In this document: positions 62,000 through 64,000 of the stretch, in pieces
How the letters are laid out: each line of letters opens with the position of its first letter
Numbering within the stretch: the stretch's first letter is position 1
Assembly: GCA_036378155.1 (NCBI GenBank)
Contig: DASUXA010000040.1
Location: 25,800-89,799 of the forward strand
DNA: 64,000 nucleotides
DNA from: Micromonosporaceae bacterium
GTDB lineage: Bacteria; Actinomycetota; Actinomycetes; Mycobacteriales; Micromonosporaceae
Direction: 5' to 3'
Position numbers and translations under genes: made by a program
Notes under the pieces: model-generated
Database searches by the model: none
The model's input: the letters and a program-made list of their open reading frames with translations, nothing else
What the model was told of the DNA's origin: nothing

Positions 62000-62734
62000 A
62001 TGAACGAGATCCACTGTCGGGTCGAGACCACGCTTCCGGTCGCGGTGGTGCGACTGGAGGGGGTACTCGGACTGGACAGCGCGTCCACGGTTCGTACGGC
62101 GCTGCTCAAGCGCCTCGCCGAACACCCGGACGCGTTGATCGTCGACCTGTCCCGACTGACGGTCGCCGACGAGTCCGCGTTGTCGGTGTTCGTCGCCGTG
62201 GCGCGACAGGCGGCGATCTGGCCCGGCATCGCGATGGCGTTGTGCGGGGTACCGGAACGGTTCGCCGCGATCGCGTCGCGTCTGGTACCGGTCTGCGACG
62301 ACCCTGGGCAGGCGCGCGACGTCCTGCGCCGCGTCCCGGTCCCGCTGCAGCGGGACCGGCGGCTGCTGCCGGTGACCGGGTCGGCGCGGCGCGCCCGCGA
62401 CCTGGCGACCGAGGCATGTCTGGACTGGGGGCTGTCCGACCTGGTGATCCCGAGTTGCGTGGTGGCCGGTGAACTGGTCGCCAACGCCGTCCAGCACGCC
62501 GGCACGCCGATGACGCTCAGTTTCCGCCGACTGCCCCGGTACCTGCACATCGCGGTGCGCGACGGCTCGGACCGTCCGGCGCTGCGCTGCGAGACGCACC
62601 CACTGGCACTGGGCGGCCGGGGGCTGATGATCGTCGACGCGACGTCGCGATGCTGGGGGTGCTCGCCGGCGACCGGCGGCAAGGTGGTCTGGGCGACGCT
62701 GGACGTCGGCGATCCGTGGCACGGCGACCGGTAA
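62000..62734 (+). CDS. STAS (anti-sigma antagonist-like) / HATPase (RsbW-type anti-sigma kinase-like) fusion protein
   Basis: The N-terminal VAVVRLEGVLGLDSASTVRTALL...IVDLSRLTVADESALSVFV fits STAS. The C-terminal VAGELVANAVQHA...GGRGLMIVDA fits HATPase_c_2. Confidence 0.8.
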   Translation: MNEIHCRVETTLPVAVVRLEGVLGLDSASTVRTALLKRLAEHPDALIVDLSRLTVADESALSVFVAVARQAAIWPGIAMALCGVPERFAAIASRLVPVCDDPGQARDVLRRVPVPLQRDRRLLPVTGSARRARDLATEACLDWGLSDLVIPSCVVAGELVANAVQHAGTPMTLSFRRLPRYLHIAVRDGSDRPALRCETHPLALGGRGLMIVDATSRCWGCSPATGGKVVWATLDVGDPWHGDR

Positions 62735-62805
62735 CGGCGAGCCGGGCTCTGCTTGCCCCGCCCTGCTCGACGCGGCGGTGTTCGCCCCGCGCCCTGCCGG
62801 CGCCG

Positions 62806-63993
62806 CTACGTGTCCACCGGACGCAGCACGGGACCCCGCGCGTCGGCGGACAGCAGGCGCCACACTCCGGCGCGGCGCAGCAGGTCGGCGACCACGGGTC
62901 GGGTGCGTACCACCGCGAACCGCGCGCCCGCGTGGCGGGCGGTGCGGCACCCGGCGACCAGCGCCGCGATGCCGGCCGCGTCGATCAGCGGTACCTGGGC
63001 GAAGTCGGCGCGCACCCAGCGGGGTCGCTCGGCCATCGCGGTACGGCACAGCGAGGCGCGCAGGTCGGCGGCGTTGTCGCGGTCGACCTCGCCGTGCACG
63101 GTCACGGTCACCCCGCCCGGCTCGCGGCCGATCTCGATCCGGGTGCCCAGCTCGTCGACGACCGGGTCGCCGAGCCCCGGCCAAACCGGGTCGATGTCGC
63201 TGGTCATCGCGGCTCTCAGCCACGCGAGCGCCTGGGACAGCAGCCGCGACACGTGCATCTGCGAGATGCCGATCTCGGCGGCGATCTGCGACTGTGTCAT
63301 GTTGCCGTAGAACCGCATGGTCATGATGCGCTGTTCGCGTGCCGGTAGCCGGGGCAGCAGGGTCGCGAGGGTGACCTGGTCGTCCATCCGCTCCAACGCC
63401 GGGTCCCGCCCGCCGAGCATGGCGCCCAGGTCGGCGGCGTCCTCCTCGTGCGAGACCGGGGCGTCCAGCGACACCGGCTGGTACGCCCGAGCCAGGTCCA
63501 GCCCTTCGAGCACCTCCTCGGCGTCCAGCCGGAGGTGGGCGGCGAGGTCGTCGACCGTGGGCGAGCGGCCCAACTGGTGCGTCAGGTGCTCGTTGGCGCG
63601 CGTCATCTCCAGCCGCAGTTCCTGCAGCCGGCGCGGTACCCGGACCCGCCAGCCCCGGTCGCGGAAGTGCTTCTTCAACTCGCCGCGGATGGTGGGCGCG
63701 GCGTAGTGGCTGAACGGACCGCGGGTCTGGTCGTACCCGTCGACCGCCTTGATCAGCCCGACGGTGGCGACCTGGACGAGGTCTTCGAACGCCTCGCCGC
63801 GACCCTGGTAGTGGCGCGCCATCCGCACCGCGTACGGCAGCCCGGCCTCGATCACCTGCTCGCGCAGCCGGGCCCGGCACACGTTCCCGTCGGGCAGCGT
63901 GACGATCCGGGCGAACAACGCGGCCACGGCATCGTCGAGGTCGTTGGCGACATTTGCGGGACTCATGGGGTTCGGCGGTGACGCCCCGGTCAC
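62806..63993 (-). CDS. SigB/SigF-type sigma-70 family factor with C-terminal STAS-like domain
   Basis: Region 2 is FEDLVQVATVGLIKAVDGYD and region 4 is RIMTMRFYGNMTQSQIAAEIGISQMHVSRLL. About 125 extra C-terminal residues (VTVHGEVDRDNAADL...ADFAQVPLIDAAGIAAL...VVADLLRRAGV) follow. Confidence 0.85.
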   Translation of the reverse strand: MTGASPPNPMSPANVANDLDDAVAALFARIVTLPDGNVCRARLREQVIEAGLPYAVRMARHYQGRGEAFEDLVQVATVGLIKAVDGYDQTRGPFSHYAAPTIRGELKKHFRDRGWRVRVPRRLQELRLEMTRANEHLTHQLGRSPTVDDLAAHLRLDAEEVLEGLDLARAYQPVSLDAPVSHEEDAADLGAMLGGRDPALERMDDQVTLATLLPRLPAREQRIMTMRFYGNMTQSQIAAEIGISQMHVSRLLSQALAWLRAAMTSDIDPVWPGLGDPVVDELGTRIEIGREPGGVTVTVHGEVDRDNAADLRASLCRTAMAERPRWVRADFAQVPLIDAAGIAALVAGCRTARHAGARFAVVRTRPVVADLLRRAGVWRLLSADARGPVLRPVDT

Positions 63994-64000
63994 GACGCGA

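Noticed and set aside
1-64000. Search for rRNA, tRNA, tmRNA, transposases, integrases, prophage genes and toxin-antitoxin or defence-system genes.
   Set aside because: No cloverleaf-like GGTTCGA-type T-arm contexts, no DDE/tyrosine-recombinase-like ORFs and no recognisable defence domains were seen. Absence is judged by eye only.

Overview
This is a 64-kb, very GC-rich segment (about 70-73% G+C by eye, with strong GC3 skew) that looks like actinomycete chromosome. It is densely coding. I can support about 62 protein genes. I saw no rRNA, tRNA, transposase, integrase, phage gene or CRISPR array. Many of the very long ORFs in the six-frame track are Arg/Gly/Pro-rich antisense or off-frame shadows, and I discarded them. 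Several real genes were re-started at internal ATG/GTG codons that have Shine-Dalgarno (SD) support. Blocks from left to right: (1) an S53 peptidase; (2) a NOX/ferric-reductase-like flavocytochrome, an FMN-binding protein and an ApbE operon, with a divergent MarR; (3) an aldehyde dehydrogenase; (4) lutABC; (5) CorA; (6) a form-II CO-dehydrogenase-like molybdoenzyme cluster (mocA-moxR-VWA-xdhC-coxSLMG) followed by a translationally coupled dodecin/SnoaL/ADH triad; (7) a dormancy-like minus-strand run (DoxX-GH15-membrane protein, then CBS/BON-HPF-CapA); (8) TetR/MFS units; (9) a neutral-lipid block (WS/DGAT, alpha/beta hydrolase, patatin, NDH-2-like); (10) sigJ and a PLP decarboxylase. The most notable locus is at 50.0-58.5 kb. 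It is a compact orphan biosynthetic operon carrying the hydrazine (N-N bond)-forming enzyme set: an N-hydroxylase, a DAO-like FAD oxidase, a stand-alone cupin and a MetRS-like protein. An ATP-grasp ligase, a Zn-ADH and a neighbouring MFS transporter accompany it. Two other items deserve a second look. One is a candidate yybP-ykoY-type Mn2+ riboswitch with an SD-sequestering platform upstream of a CaCA-family antiporter. The other is a convergent pair of unusual partner-switching fusions (sigma factor-STAS and STAS-anti-sigma kinase) at the right end. All functional calls rest on motif and family recognition by eye; no database search or folding program was run.
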